NCBI RefSeq assembly: GCF_006345805.1
Contig: NC_043010.1
Span: 59,396,001 to 59,460,000 of the forward strand
Source: Octopus sinensis
Taxonomy: Eukaryota
Direction: 5' to 3'
Length of the DNA: 64,000 nt
In this document: positions 40,595 through 52,272 of the stretch, piece by piece
Position numbering within the stretch: the stretch's first letter is position 1
Layout of the letters: each line of letters begins with the position of its first letter
Position numbers and translations under genes: made by a program
Notes under the pieces: generated by a model
Databases searched by the model: none
Told to the model about the DNA's origin: nothing
Seen by the model: the letters and a program-made list of their open reading frames with translations, nothing else

Positions 40595-40802
40595 TGTGTG
40601 TGTGTGCTTGTGTTTGTACCCCCAACATCGCTTGACAACCAAGGCTGGTGAGTTTACATCCCCGTAACTTAGCAGTTCGGCAAAAGAGACAGATAGAATA
40701 AGTACTAGGCTTACAAAGAATAAGTCCTGGGGTCGATTTGCTCAACTAAAGGTGGTGCTCCATCATGGCCACAGTCAAATGACTGAAACAAGTAAAAGAG
40801 TA
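40231..40802 (+). mobile_element. SINE family A, near-intact
   Basis: GGCGCAGGAGTGGCTGTGTGGTAAG head, B-box-like GGTTCAGTCCC, internal microsatellite, tail CAAGTAAAAGAGT. Confidence 0.9.
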
Positions 40803-41590
40803 ATATTCAAAGAGAGTTCTGCCTTTATCGGTTGGAAGAGACCAAGTGCAGAAAGGCAACCTTTGTAAGGGGGCCGTGAGGTTGAATAAAATTTGATGCA
40901 GGGAAGAGAGGATCAGCAGCATGACAGAATAACCCGGTTCATCTTGGAACCTGGACGACAAAAAGGAGACCGTTCAACCATGAACAACATTCTAAAAACT
41001 ATGATGGACACAACAAAGACGAGCAATTTTTCTGTCAAGCAAGCATGGCAAAAAGAGACTTACAAGGATGACCATGGTGTGTATGCATGTACACGTGTGT
41101 GTGTGTGTGTGTGTGTATCTATTTCCCTGTTCACCTCAGCTATCACTCTATCGACCATAGCTCACATCTCACCACATATGATGCTTACTTGCTTGCCCCC
41201 CCGCACCCAACCATCTCTCTCTCTCTCTCTTTCTACCTCTTTTCTTTCGTCCATGCTCCCTTCTTCCGCTCTTTCCATCCATCCAACGTTATAACGGTGA
41301 GGATGAATGAACAATATCATAATTTAGGATGGCCCTGGACAACCTGCACACAACACACCTCATCAGCCTTACCACTCCCTTCTCATTTCAATCCCATCAG
41401 TTCCCTCTTCCTTTGCCCCTCTCCTTCAATTGTGACAACTCTGTCACTCTCTTCACTACTACTCTTTCACAACTACAACACTGATCCTCTCACCGTACCC
41501 TGCTCTTTCTCACCATATTGCCAAAACAAATCATCTCTCCCTTTCTCTCTCTCAGGATGTTTTGTATATGAATACATCTATATAAACAAT

Positions 41591-41847
41591 ACAATTGCAG
41601 CGTGGAAGGTATTTGTAAGCCATTTAAGAAACACACAAAAGCCATTCGATTCACTTCAACATTTACGTTTAATTTGTCAAAATATTCGTCGCTTTAAGAC
41701 CGCGACCTGTTCACTTAAATGTTGAAGTGAATCGAACGGCTTTTGTGTGTTTCTTAAATGGCTTACAAACACCTTCCACACTGCAATTGTTTTCGTTTCA
41801 GCACACGATCTCAGATCCAATCACTTGCTATGCAGGTACATCTCCGT
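41591..41847. mobile_element. Fold-back insertion of family H3 with G3-C8 hammerhead-like motif in the loop
   Basis: Arms 41591-41665 and 41716-41790; direct repeat AACAATACAATTG at 41585-41597 and 41848-41860. Confidence 0.8.
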
Positions 41848-42044
41848 AACAATACAATTGAAGATAGGAAAGATAGATAATGGGAATATAGAGATATTTC
41901 AAGAGTTATTGCACTTCCATTAACATCACATCCAACCCATCTTATATGCATATGTGTGTGTGTGTGTGTGTTTGTATTTATATGTATGTATATATGTTAA
42001 TTTGTGTGTATACACATATACGTTAACTTACATACATACATACA

Positions 42045-42385
42045 TTCTTTTATTTGTTTCATTAATTTGACTGCAGCCATGCTGGAGCACCACCTTTAGT
42101 CAAACAAATCGATCCCAGAACTTATTCTATCGATGTCTTTTGCCGAACTGTTATGGGACATAAAAACACCAGCATCTGTTGTCAAGCGATGGTGGGGACA
42201 CAGACATACAAACATATATATATATATATATATACGATGGGCTTCTTTCAGTTTCTCTCTACCAAATCCACTTTGATTGGCCCAAGGCTATAGTAGAAGA
42301 CACTTGCCCAAGGTGCCATGCAGTGGGACTGGATCCCGGACCATGTGGTTGGTAAGAAAGCTACTTACCACACAGCCACTCCTTT
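42045..42385 (-). mobile_element. SINE family A
   Basis: reverse-complement match. Confidence 0.8.
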
Positions 42386-42409
42386 ACCTATATGTATATA
42401 TGTGTATGT

Positions 42410-42507
42410 TTATATGACGCTGTATTTTACAATCCAGTAAATAATAATAATGGTATTTTTATATAAGCTTAAAGTTTATGGCATTCACCATGCAATGACT
42501 AAAAAAT

Positions 42508-42571
<64 letters not shown>

Positions 42572-43070
42572 ATGTATGTTGTGTAGGTATCAGTTAGAGG
42601 GGTTTAATACCTCTAAGGGATAATTAAATCCAGAGTTGCTCCTGGTTATTACCTGGGTAGGTACAGTCTTTTGTAAGGTTGTATGGTAGCAGGGGGTAAA
42701 CTGAAGTTTAAGTTATACAGGAGAAGAAAATGGATAACATTGGGAAACTCGTGGTTTTCGCTGGTATGTCTTTAATTAATTAGATAACAAAGAGGGAAGA
42801 AGCAGAGATGAAGGTCGCATTAACGATCGTTTCAATTTACTGGTTTAAGTAAATCTCTTCAGAATGCGAATATAGATAGATGGACCGGTGAGGATACGAA
42901 AATAATTGATACATATGTGATGGTAATGTAAACAAATGTAGTAATTCTTATATGCCCCGGTATTAGACTATTTTTTTTAGTCATTGCATGGTGAATGCCA
43001 TAAAATTTAAGCTTATATAAAAATACCATTATTATTATTTACAGGATTGTAAAATACGACATCATATAAC
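42410..43070. mobile_element. PLE-like element with ~90-bp inverted ends enclosing an intact hammerhead (H4)
   Basis: 42422-42507 pairs with 42972-43057. Confidence 0.7.
42815..42869 (-). ncRNA. Intact minimal type I hammerhead ribozyme
   Basis: TCGCATT-CTGAAGA-GATTTACT(taaacc)AGTAAATT-GAAA-CGATCG-TT-AATGCGA: 7-bp stem I, full core, 8-bp stem II, palindromic stem III, GUU triplet. Confidence 0.85.
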
Positions 43071-43095
43071 AAAACCATTTGCACTGAAAGCATAT

Positions 43096-43153
<58 letters not shown>

Positions 43154-44985
43154 GGTGGATAAATATAAATATATAAATATATATATATATATATATCAGG
43201 TGACATGCCCGGTAATTCTGGGAATTCCCGGGAAAGCGGTTCCATTCTCATAATTATTTCACTAATCCAAACAACAACACAAAGTATGTAGCCCTTAAAA
43301 CAGTTTTTGTGTATTTATTGAGAATACCGAACTGTCTTACAAAGGATCTTGTTTTTAGGAATTCCCAATAAGTTATGAATACCCAAATTGTGAAGTCAGT
43401 TATGTAATAACATGAAATTAATTACCCTATAGTAAGAGTTCAAATAATTCAAAGTAATTAACTGTGAAAAATGCTTTTGTGCGTTCCCACGAGAATATTA
43501 CCCTCAGCAGTGCTAGTGTTGGTATATTCGTGAATAAGTCACTAACCAAAATAAGTGAATCTATTGTTTAGGAGAATACTGTTTACTTGTTTAAGCATTG
43601 TACTGGATAAATTGAGAAAACTAAAATAGTTCAAAAACAAAGAAATAAGTATATTCAATTTCATTTTTACCAAATAATTTACGAAGGAGGGAATGGGTTA
43701 TTTCCCTTGGAAGCTTAAAATAATTACACCCGCCGTTCAACCACACCCAAATGTTATTCCTCCCGCCTTTTATCTGAAGATTTTTTCGAACTCCATTTAT
43801 ACTTAAATGTGCATGTGAAGTTTAAGAAAACTCGGGCGAGCCATTTTGGCACAAAATGAGGACATACTAATACACACACACACACACACATTTTCAGTTT
43901 TCCCACTCTCTTATTCTTCCTTTCTCTCGGACTCTCCCTCGCTTTCTCTTACTCTATCTTTCTCTATCTCTTTCCCATTTATAAAAAATTAGACTTCCAC
44001 GCTTGAATTACAAATCTGCTTCCACTTTACCATATTGAAAATTTAATTGAAATCGGGCAAAAGGTATCCAATCTAGACCCCCAAGTGTCCGCAAAATCAA
44101 TAAAATCCCCGTTTTCACAGCAAAGCAACCGAAACGTCTCCCAATCAATTTCTCACCTCAAGTTACCCCCTCCTATAAATTTTAATTCCCTTCCAGCCCC
44201 ATTTAGACCCCTTTTTACATAAAAATCCAATTTGTATCAACGTTCGCCTTCTTCATTTTATAGATTAAATAGATATACCCAGCCTTGCTCAGGATTAAAA
44301 TAGTTTATTATTGTTTTACTTGTTTCGGTATTGTAACCCGATTTCATTCAAGTCTACACAGGCCACGTTTTAAAAGATGAGGAATTTTACCCTAGAGGCC
44401 ATGCCGTTCAATTGAGCAAACTCGCTAGCACTTTTAACATAGGTGTGCATATTTTCAGCTCAATTCAACTACATACGCATACATTATATATATATATACC
44501 GGTTGAGAGCTGTGGAAAATGACGAGAAGAGATGACTTCCTAAATGCACAAAAGGTAAGTGCTTATCAAACAGATGAAGAAATTCTCAGTCACAGGAAAA
44601 TCATTCAAACCATGCCAAAGTGGAAAAGCAAACATAAAATGACGACGATGATGATGATGTGTGTTCATTAAAATTGCAACTATGATCTTTTCATTAAGGA
44701 TTTTTTATATTTCCTTATTAGTCTTTTATGCTTAATTAAGAAGAAATAATGTACCTGAACCCATTGGTTTATAAACGTTTTGCAATCCCATTTTCAGAAG
44801 ACAGAGAAGCTGTTAATGGTTGTTCATAAGTTCTGGGATAATTTTGAAACTGAGAAAATCAGTAACACCAGATTTAAAATTATACAATGTTAATTCCTGA
44901 GATTGAGTTAATAACAGGCAAAATCCTCGGCACCAAATTTAGAATTATAAAACAGAAAGTCCAAATAGATTTCATATATTTTTTA

Positions 44986-45087
44986 CAGTTCTATATTTAA
45001 GAGATGAGGAATTATGTACATTGTTTACATTATTTACATTTGACGGGCTACTAAGCCCAAGATTACGAGTTTGATTCCAGGCAGTGA

Positions 45088-45132
<45 letters not shown>

Positions 45133-45235
45133 TAATAACAACAACAACAACATCGAAAAATACCTTAGGAACGAGAACCCAGGTTTGAAATTTCCCCACG
45201 ACACCTGACAAATATCCGTCAAATGTAAATAATGT
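44986..45235. mobile_element. Second H1 head-to-head insertion; tRNA-like head kept, hammerhead deleted
   Basis: TSD ATATATTTTTTA at 44974-44985 and 45236-45247; B-box-like GAGTTTGATTCC at 45067-45078; ACACCTGA joined directly to CAAATATCC. Confidence 0.8.
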
Positions 45236-45610
45236 ATATATTTTTTATTGTTCAATTTAAGTTTAATTTAAACTTCCATAGTTATTCTTATTTTTTTTGT
45301 GGAATTCCAGGTAAAATTTCTGGTCTCTCAATTAGTGTTTTTCTATCCAATTTCACTTTGAGTATTTCATTAAAATCAATTATGACTGCTCCTTGCTGAA
45401 AATGCATTGTGAGCTGATAAAAAAGTTGGTGTTCTAACATAACAGTTTGAATAAGGGAGTTCACAAGTTTCATGCTTAAACTGAAATTTCTATATTTGTT
45501 CTGGGGTCTAATGGCATCACTTATTTTGAAAATGTGATTGTGAAAGTTGAAACATTAATGGATTTAGGAATGTTAGTCTTCCAAACTAATTATAAAGATC
45601 TTATAAAGAA

Positions 45611-46016
45611 TTACTCTTTTACTCTTTTACTTGTTTCAGTCATTTTGACTGCGGTCATGCTGGAGCACCGCCTTTAGTCAAGCAAATCGACCCTGGGACT
45701 TATTCTTTGTAAGCCTAGTACTTATTCTATCGGTCTCTTTTGCCGAACCGCTAAGTGACGGGGACGTAAACACACCAGCATCGGTTGTCAAGCAATGCTA
45801 GAGGGACAAACACAGACACACAAACATATACACACACATACATATACATATATACGACAGGCTTCTTTCAGTTTCCATCTACCAAATCCACTCACAAGGT
45901 TTTGGTCAGCCCGAGGCTATAGCAGAAGACACTTGCCCAAGATGCCACACAGTAGGACTGAACCCTGAACCATGTGGTTGGTTAGCAAGCTACTTACCAC
46001 ACAGCCACTCCTGCGG
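45611..46016 (-). mobile_element. SINE family A
   Basis: reverse-complement full-length match. Confidence 0.9.
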
Positions 46017-46149
46017 CTATAATTGTGAAAAAATATTTAATAAAAAAGATCAAAAGCATAAGTATAGTTACGTTTTTATGTGTGTGTGTGTGTGTGTGTG
46101 CAACTTGTTTGCTGCAAATGCTTAAAATGCCACTTAGTTTAAATTTACG

Positions 46150-46495
46150 ATTCGAGCATGATCGGTACCTGCATTGCCTTACTAGCACTTGTGCTGGTGG
46201 CACATGAAACATTCGAGCAAGGTCGTCGCCAGTGCCGCTAGACTGGCTCCTGTGCAGGTGGCATGTAAAAAGCACCATTTGGGCGTGGCCATTACCAGTA
46301 CGACCAAACTGGCCCTCATGCTGGTGGCACGTAAAAGCACCCACTACACTCTTGGAGTGGTTGGCATTAGGAAGGGCATCCAGCTGTAGAAACTCTGCCA
46401 AATCAGATTGGAGTCTGGTTCGCCAGACCTCAGTCAAATCGTCCAACCCATGCTAGCATGGAAAGTGGATGTTAAATGATGATGATAATGATGAT
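46150..46495 (+). mobile_element. RTE-tail repeat
   Basis: subunits plus GGCATTAGGAAGGGCATCCAGCTG...GTTAAATGATGATGAT. Confidence 0.8.
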
Positions 46496-46934
46496 ATTCT
46501 GTGTTGAAGTTGTTGGAAAAGATCAACTTTGGTCAGACAATCCTGTTACCCACTGGGAAATTTCAAAGACTCTTTTGTTGGCATTCTTGTTTGAATTGCT
46601 TTGAGAAATAACCATTTACAGGTTCATTCCTTATAGTCAAATCATCATTTTCCTCGAATTTTTTCCAATCTTTATTCAGTGAGGACCTAATCATAATATA
46701 TGCTGTATAGTTAAAAAAATATAACATTCACTTTCAGTATCTCCTTTTTTCCCAAGAACTTCAACAAAATAGCCTTTTATGAATTTAGACTAAGCATTTA
46801 CAACTAACAAGTTACTTGATAAAATTATTGGGTAATATCAAGGAGCAAGCAGTTAAGCAAAGATGAGTCTAATTACATGTGTGAATGATCTCAAAATGAT
46901 GATGAGGAGGAGGAAGGGGAGGAGGAGGATTAAG

Positions 46935-47440
46935 ATCTTGTGGGATTTTACAATCCAATATCATTCTCTATAATTGATGCTCAGAGACCAGACATTGTTA
47001 TTGTGGACTAAAAGGAAGAAAGAAGCTAAGATCATAGATATTGCCATACCTGGGGGTGAATGCGTAAGTGACAAAGAACTGGAAAAGGTGGGAAAATACA
47101 AGTTATTAAAAGACAAAATTACAAGAAAGTAGGCAATGAAGAGAGTAACTGTCAACCCAATAGTTGTAGGGGTACTCAGAGCACTAACAACCGAGTTTGA
47201 GGAATATGTCAGAAAAATTGGAGTTGATATGAGGGCAGAGCATGCCTAAAATACTGGTCTACTGAAGACAGGTAGGATTTTGAGATTGCTTCTTGGGTAT
47301 CGAGTATGTTTCGTGAAACTTAACACCTAAGTACCAAGTCTTATGATTTGTGGAAATAGACCCTATGAGACATTTGGCAACAGAATGCTGTCCGCTCTTA
47401 CAGAATGAACCAGAACAAGTAAGCTCAATAGGTGGGAGGT
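46935..47440 (+). mobile_element. R4-like LINE 3' fragment (RLE)
   Basis: KILWDFTIQY, RPDIVIV, IIDIAIPG, EKVGKYKLLK, PIVVGVL. Confidence 0.75.
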
Positions 47441-47659
47441 GGAGTGTTTTTGTCGTTTGTAATATAGCTACAAAGCTTGAAATTTGAGAGGAGGAGAAGA
47501 GTCAAAGATATCAACCACTGTACTTACATGGTATTTTATTTTATTCCCCAGAGAGGGATGAAAGACAAAGCTATTTTGAACACTTGAAAAATCATAATGA
47601 CTTGAAGGGGACATCTAGCATAAAATACGAAAAGCCAAACATATATTTGGCCATTTATA

Positions 47660-48565
47660 ATAATAATAATGAAATTATTGTATACAGTGCTCAGGTGCAC
47701 CACAACTTGTCAAAAGTGTGTATAAAGCATATGCAGTAATGTACAAATGCCTGGGAAGTGAACAGTGTATGAGTCAGATACATGCTTGCCATGTGTATGT
47801 GGGGGGGGGGGGAGAAAATCAGGTGTAGTGTTGGCGAATCTCAGAAAGCATGGAAGTTTTGAACAACTGATGCTGGCAGTTTGTTCCATGCTCCAGCAAC
47901 TCTCAGCGTGAAAAAATGTTTCCAAAAGTCATGGGAGCTGTGCTGTTTTCTGACTTTGTAAACATGTCCATGGGTGTTAGATGGGTGGAGTTTGAAAAGG
48001 TGCTCAGAGTTATTGTTTGTACGATGGTTGATAATTTTATGGGTGTCTGCCAAGTCAGCTGCCAGACGTCGGAGTTTCAATGTGTCCATGCCCAGGGAAG
48101 TAAGGCGTTCAGAATATGGCAAATGCCTGATGGAGGGTATTCTCTTGGTTGCATGTCGCTGAACGGGTTCCAGACGATTAATATCCTGGGCAAGATAGGG
48201 GTTCCAGAGCGGTGATGCAAATTCCAGGTGAAGTCTTACCATAGCTATATAAAGCCGCAGATAGCTCTCCCGCTATCTATCTGCAGCTTGCAAAGGACTT
48301 GGTGAGTGATGCCAAGATACCCTCAGCCTTCTTGGCAATTTTAGCGATGTGTTTTGTCCAACGCAAATCACTGTCGACAATAACGCCCAGGTCACGTTCA
48401 CAAGAAGACTTTTTGAGATTAGTGTTGTGGAGGGAGTAAGTAGACGCTGGGTTTTTCCTCCCAAAATGCATGGTAGTATATTTGCCCACAGCCAGCTTGA
48501 GTTGCCAGTCCATGATCCACTGCTGCATTGTGTCCAGATCTGCTTGCAATAGAGATCTATAGTGT
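47660..48565 (-). mobile_element. CR1-type LINE 3' half
   Basis: LQADLDTMQQW, ERDLGVIVDSDLRW, VRLHLEFASPLWNPY, RKHFFTLRV; tail and (ATT)n. Confidence 0.9.
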
Positions 48566-48585
48566 ACAGGTGATACATGAAGGAT

Positions 48586-50392
48586 AACCAGGTGATACAT
48601 GAAAGAGTCATACCCAATGACTGGTGTAGCAGCATAATAGTCAACTGCTACAAAGGTAAAGGAGACACCCTAGATACAAATAATTACAGAGGTATCAGGT
48701 TGTTGGATCAAGTAATGAAGGTCACGGAGAGGGTCATAGCCCAACTAATTAGAGAGAGAGTCAGTTTAGATGAAATGCCATTTGGGTTCATGCCAGAGAA
48801 AAGCACCACTGATGCTATATTCCTGGTAAGACTGCTGCAGGAGAAATACCCAGCCAAAGATAAACCTCTGTACCTGGCTTTTGTTTACATGGAGAAAGCC
48901 TTCGACAGGGTCCCCCGATCCCTTATCTGGTGGTTAATGAGGAAACTAGGGACAGATGAATGGTTAGTGAGAGTCGCGCAAGCCATGTACAGGGATGCTG
49001 TTAGTAAGGTGAGGGTTGGAAATGAGTACAGGGAAGAATTCCGGGTAGAGGTAGGGGTCCACCAAGGTTCAGTCCTCAGCCCCCTCCTATTTATCATAGT
49101 TCTCCAGGCAATAACAGAGGAATTCAAGACTGGATGCCCCTGGGAGCTCCTCTATGCTGACGACCTTGCTCTAATTGCCAAGTCACTATCAGAACTGGAG
49201 GAGAAGTTTCAGGTGTGGAAGCAAGGATTAGAATTGAAGGGCTTTAGAGTCAACCTAGCTAAAACAAAAGTCCTAATAAGTAGGAAGGTAGACAAACCAC
49301 AAATCCCTTCAGGTAGATGGCCTTGCTCGATCTGTAGAAAAGACGTAGATAGAAACTCTATAAGATGTACCCAGTGTAAGCTATGGACACATAAGAGGTG
49401 CAGCAATGTCAAAGGAAGGCTAACTGGGAAGATAGTTTTTGTATGTGGCAGATGCTCAGGAGCAATAAACACTGAAAATCTGCAGAAAATAACTTTTGTC
49501 ATTTTCCAGGGAGAAAAACCAGAAGTGGTTGATAGCTTCCGTTACCTAGGTGACCAAGTCAGTTGCAGGGGTGGGTGTGCTGAAAGTGTAACTGCTAGAG
49601 TAAGAATAGCTTGGGCAAAGTTCAGAGAGCTCTTACCTCTGCTGGCGACAAAGGGCCTCTTACTCAGAGTAAAAGGTAGACTGTATGACGCTTGTGTACG
49701 AACAGCCATGCTACATGGCAGTGAAACATGGGCCGTGACTGCTGAGGACATGTGTTAGCTCGTGAGGAATGAAGCCAGTATGATCCAATGGATGTGTAAT
49801 GTCAGTGTGCATACTCGACAGAGTGTAGGTACCTTGAGAGAAATGTTGGACCTAAGAAGCATCAGATGTGGTGTGCAAGAGAGACGACTGCACTAGTATG
49901 GTCATGTGGCAAGAATGGACGAGGACAGCTGTGTGAAAAAGTGCCACACCCTAGCAGTTGAGGGAACCTGTGGAAAAGGTAGACCCAGGAAGACCTGGGA
50001 TGAAGTGGTGAAGCACAACCTTCGAACTTTAGGCCTCACCAAAGCAATGACTAGTGACCAAGACCTTTGGAAATATGCCGTGTGTGAGAAGACCAGGCAA
50101 GCCAAATGAAACCATAATCTCATGGCCTATGCCAGGGGCATAACCAGCCCACTTATGCATAACCTTTTCCTTCTTTGGACACTAAAACTCTGCTTGCGAA
50201 GACCTGTTGAGGCAAGTGAAATCAATCAACCAATCAAAAGCAAAATCAAATTTGATGACTGGCGTTCGTGCTAGCAGCTTCCATGCGTATTCATTGCCAG
50301 AGCAGCCAACTGGCTTCCATGCCAGTGGGCACATAGACGGGCACCATTCAAAGATCGTTACGCGGACGTTAAACGATGATGATGGTGATGAT
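48586..50392 (+). mobile_element. RTE-clade LINE, 5'-truncated, RT largely open
   Basis: ORF 48577-49758: YKGKGD, NYRGI, KSTTDAIF, EKAFDRVPR, GVHQGSVLSPLLF, LLYADDL; C-terminal GRPRKTW; tail GGACGTTAAACGATGAT. Confidence 0.95.
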
Positions 50393-50786
50393 ATTTGAAA
50401 TTACTTTTCTGAAAAATAAATAAAAGAATTAGTGATAAAACTAAATTCAAACAGAATGTTTTTTAAATGTGTTAAGAAGAAACATTTACAAATAAACTCT
50501 GAGTCTATCTGCTACATCAACTCAAAACAACTTGTGGGAATTGTTTAGTCATTTAAAGTCTATTTTTCCATGTTGGCATAGGTCGGACGGGTGCCGTTTC
50601 TGAAGCATTTCCTGGCTGGGTGCCATTTCTCTTGCCAACCATTACCTATTTTTGCAAGGGATTTTGTATAATTCCATTGGTCTTCAACTGTGCAAAGCAA
50701 CTGGTCACAATGTTAACAAAGCAAGCAAGTACAGCATCAACATTTTGCTCAGAGAGTGGCAAGTAAATCTGTTAAATGTCAATGTT

Positions 50787-50824
<38 letters not shown>

Positions 50825-51223
50825 CAGGCTTCCATACTGTTTCCACCTATCAATTTCACTTACAAGACATTTGTTGGATTGGAGCTTTAGAAAAAGTCCT
50901 CTGCCAAAGGTACCATGTAGTAGTATTGAACCTGAAACCTTGTGGTTGCAAAGCAAACTTTTTAAGTATAACAACAATGCACACACCTTGTGGACATATG
51001 CATTAAAATATCTCACAGACGATACATAGAGATCCATTAGAAAAATACAGTAGTTATATCATGAAAAGTGCAACAAGAGTGCAAGAAACGAGATAATGAA
51101 GATAAAGACATAGCAATAGGAGAGGCTGCAAAGGAGGATAAAGTAAAGATTGTTGATAACCAATGAAGAGTTAGAAGGCAACAAAAGAAGACATCAAGAA
51201 AAAATAAACATTACGACATGATA

Positions 51224-51522
51224 TCTTTATATATAAAAGTGAAGTTGTGTGTCTGTCTCCTACAATTTAGATTCCTAACTACTCCCACATTTTGCGGTGC
51301 AGTTTAACCAAATTCGGGTATCTTATAGTCGTGATTCATATTGAGCCCTTCTGGGTATTAGCACGCGTCTACAATGAGTCTACGATTTTTAAAAAATGTT
51401 ACCATCATTTTTTCCCATTTTTAATGCATTTTTTTGCTATTATATAAGGGAAGTAACTCTCTAAAAATGCTTATATAGTTATTTCCCTTACAAACCCGAG
51501 CAACGCCGGGCGATACTGCTAA
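51224..51522 (+). mobile_element. Non-autonomous Helitron
   Basis: 5' TCTTTATATATAAAAG; 3' hairpin CCCGAGCAACGCCGGG then CTAA (CTAG-like); inserted between A and T. Confidence 0.75.
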
Positions 51523-52272
51523 TAAGTAATACAAGTATTTTCAAATATTATCGGAAATAACGTAAAGAAAGCAAAATCCAGAGTCAAAAATGATTGCTAA
51601 TGAAGGATGGGTTGAAATGGTAAGTAGAATAACGTTTCCTGGTATTTTATAACATGAAATCTTTAATAACACTTATGAGAAGCACTTTCTAACGTCCTTC
51701 CTTTCTGGCCATATAGGTCAAGAGTTCCATTGGAACAATGAAGTGCATATACTGGCTTCACACAGAATGTATTTGTGAAGGATGTATCTAACTCATGGAA
51801 ATTTCTCAATGTCTATACATGTATGTGTACATTTATCAAGAACATTGTCAGTGCCAAGTGACACTAATGATATATACCATGTGACACTAATATATCTCGC
51901 AACTGATAAAATAACAACAGAATATTGTAAACACAACACAAATTAGACGGATCAAATCACTGACGGTAAGACTCCATGCTTGATTTTTCTGAATAATTTG
52001 ATTTAAATTATTATTTCAAAAGAGTTGGAATTGAATTTTTGTTTATAATTTATATCTTTACTGAGGGTCAACTCATAAACAAAGAATTAATTAAAATATT
52101 CATGACAATGAAATTATATATCTTGTAGAGTGGACAACATCCCAGCTTCTCATTGTTGTTTTAATGTCCCTTTTCTCACTTCATTGAAGACTAACTGGGT
52201 CTGTATATAACATACCAGCAATAATCACAGGTTTTCCATATCCTTTCTGACTCCTAACCTCACCACTGCCAG

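Noticed and set aside
43230-44480. Possible Helitron/DNA-transposon fragments
   Set aside because: A Helitron-like 3' end at ~44270-44300 matches 57950-57990, but I could not define boundaries or family with confidence.
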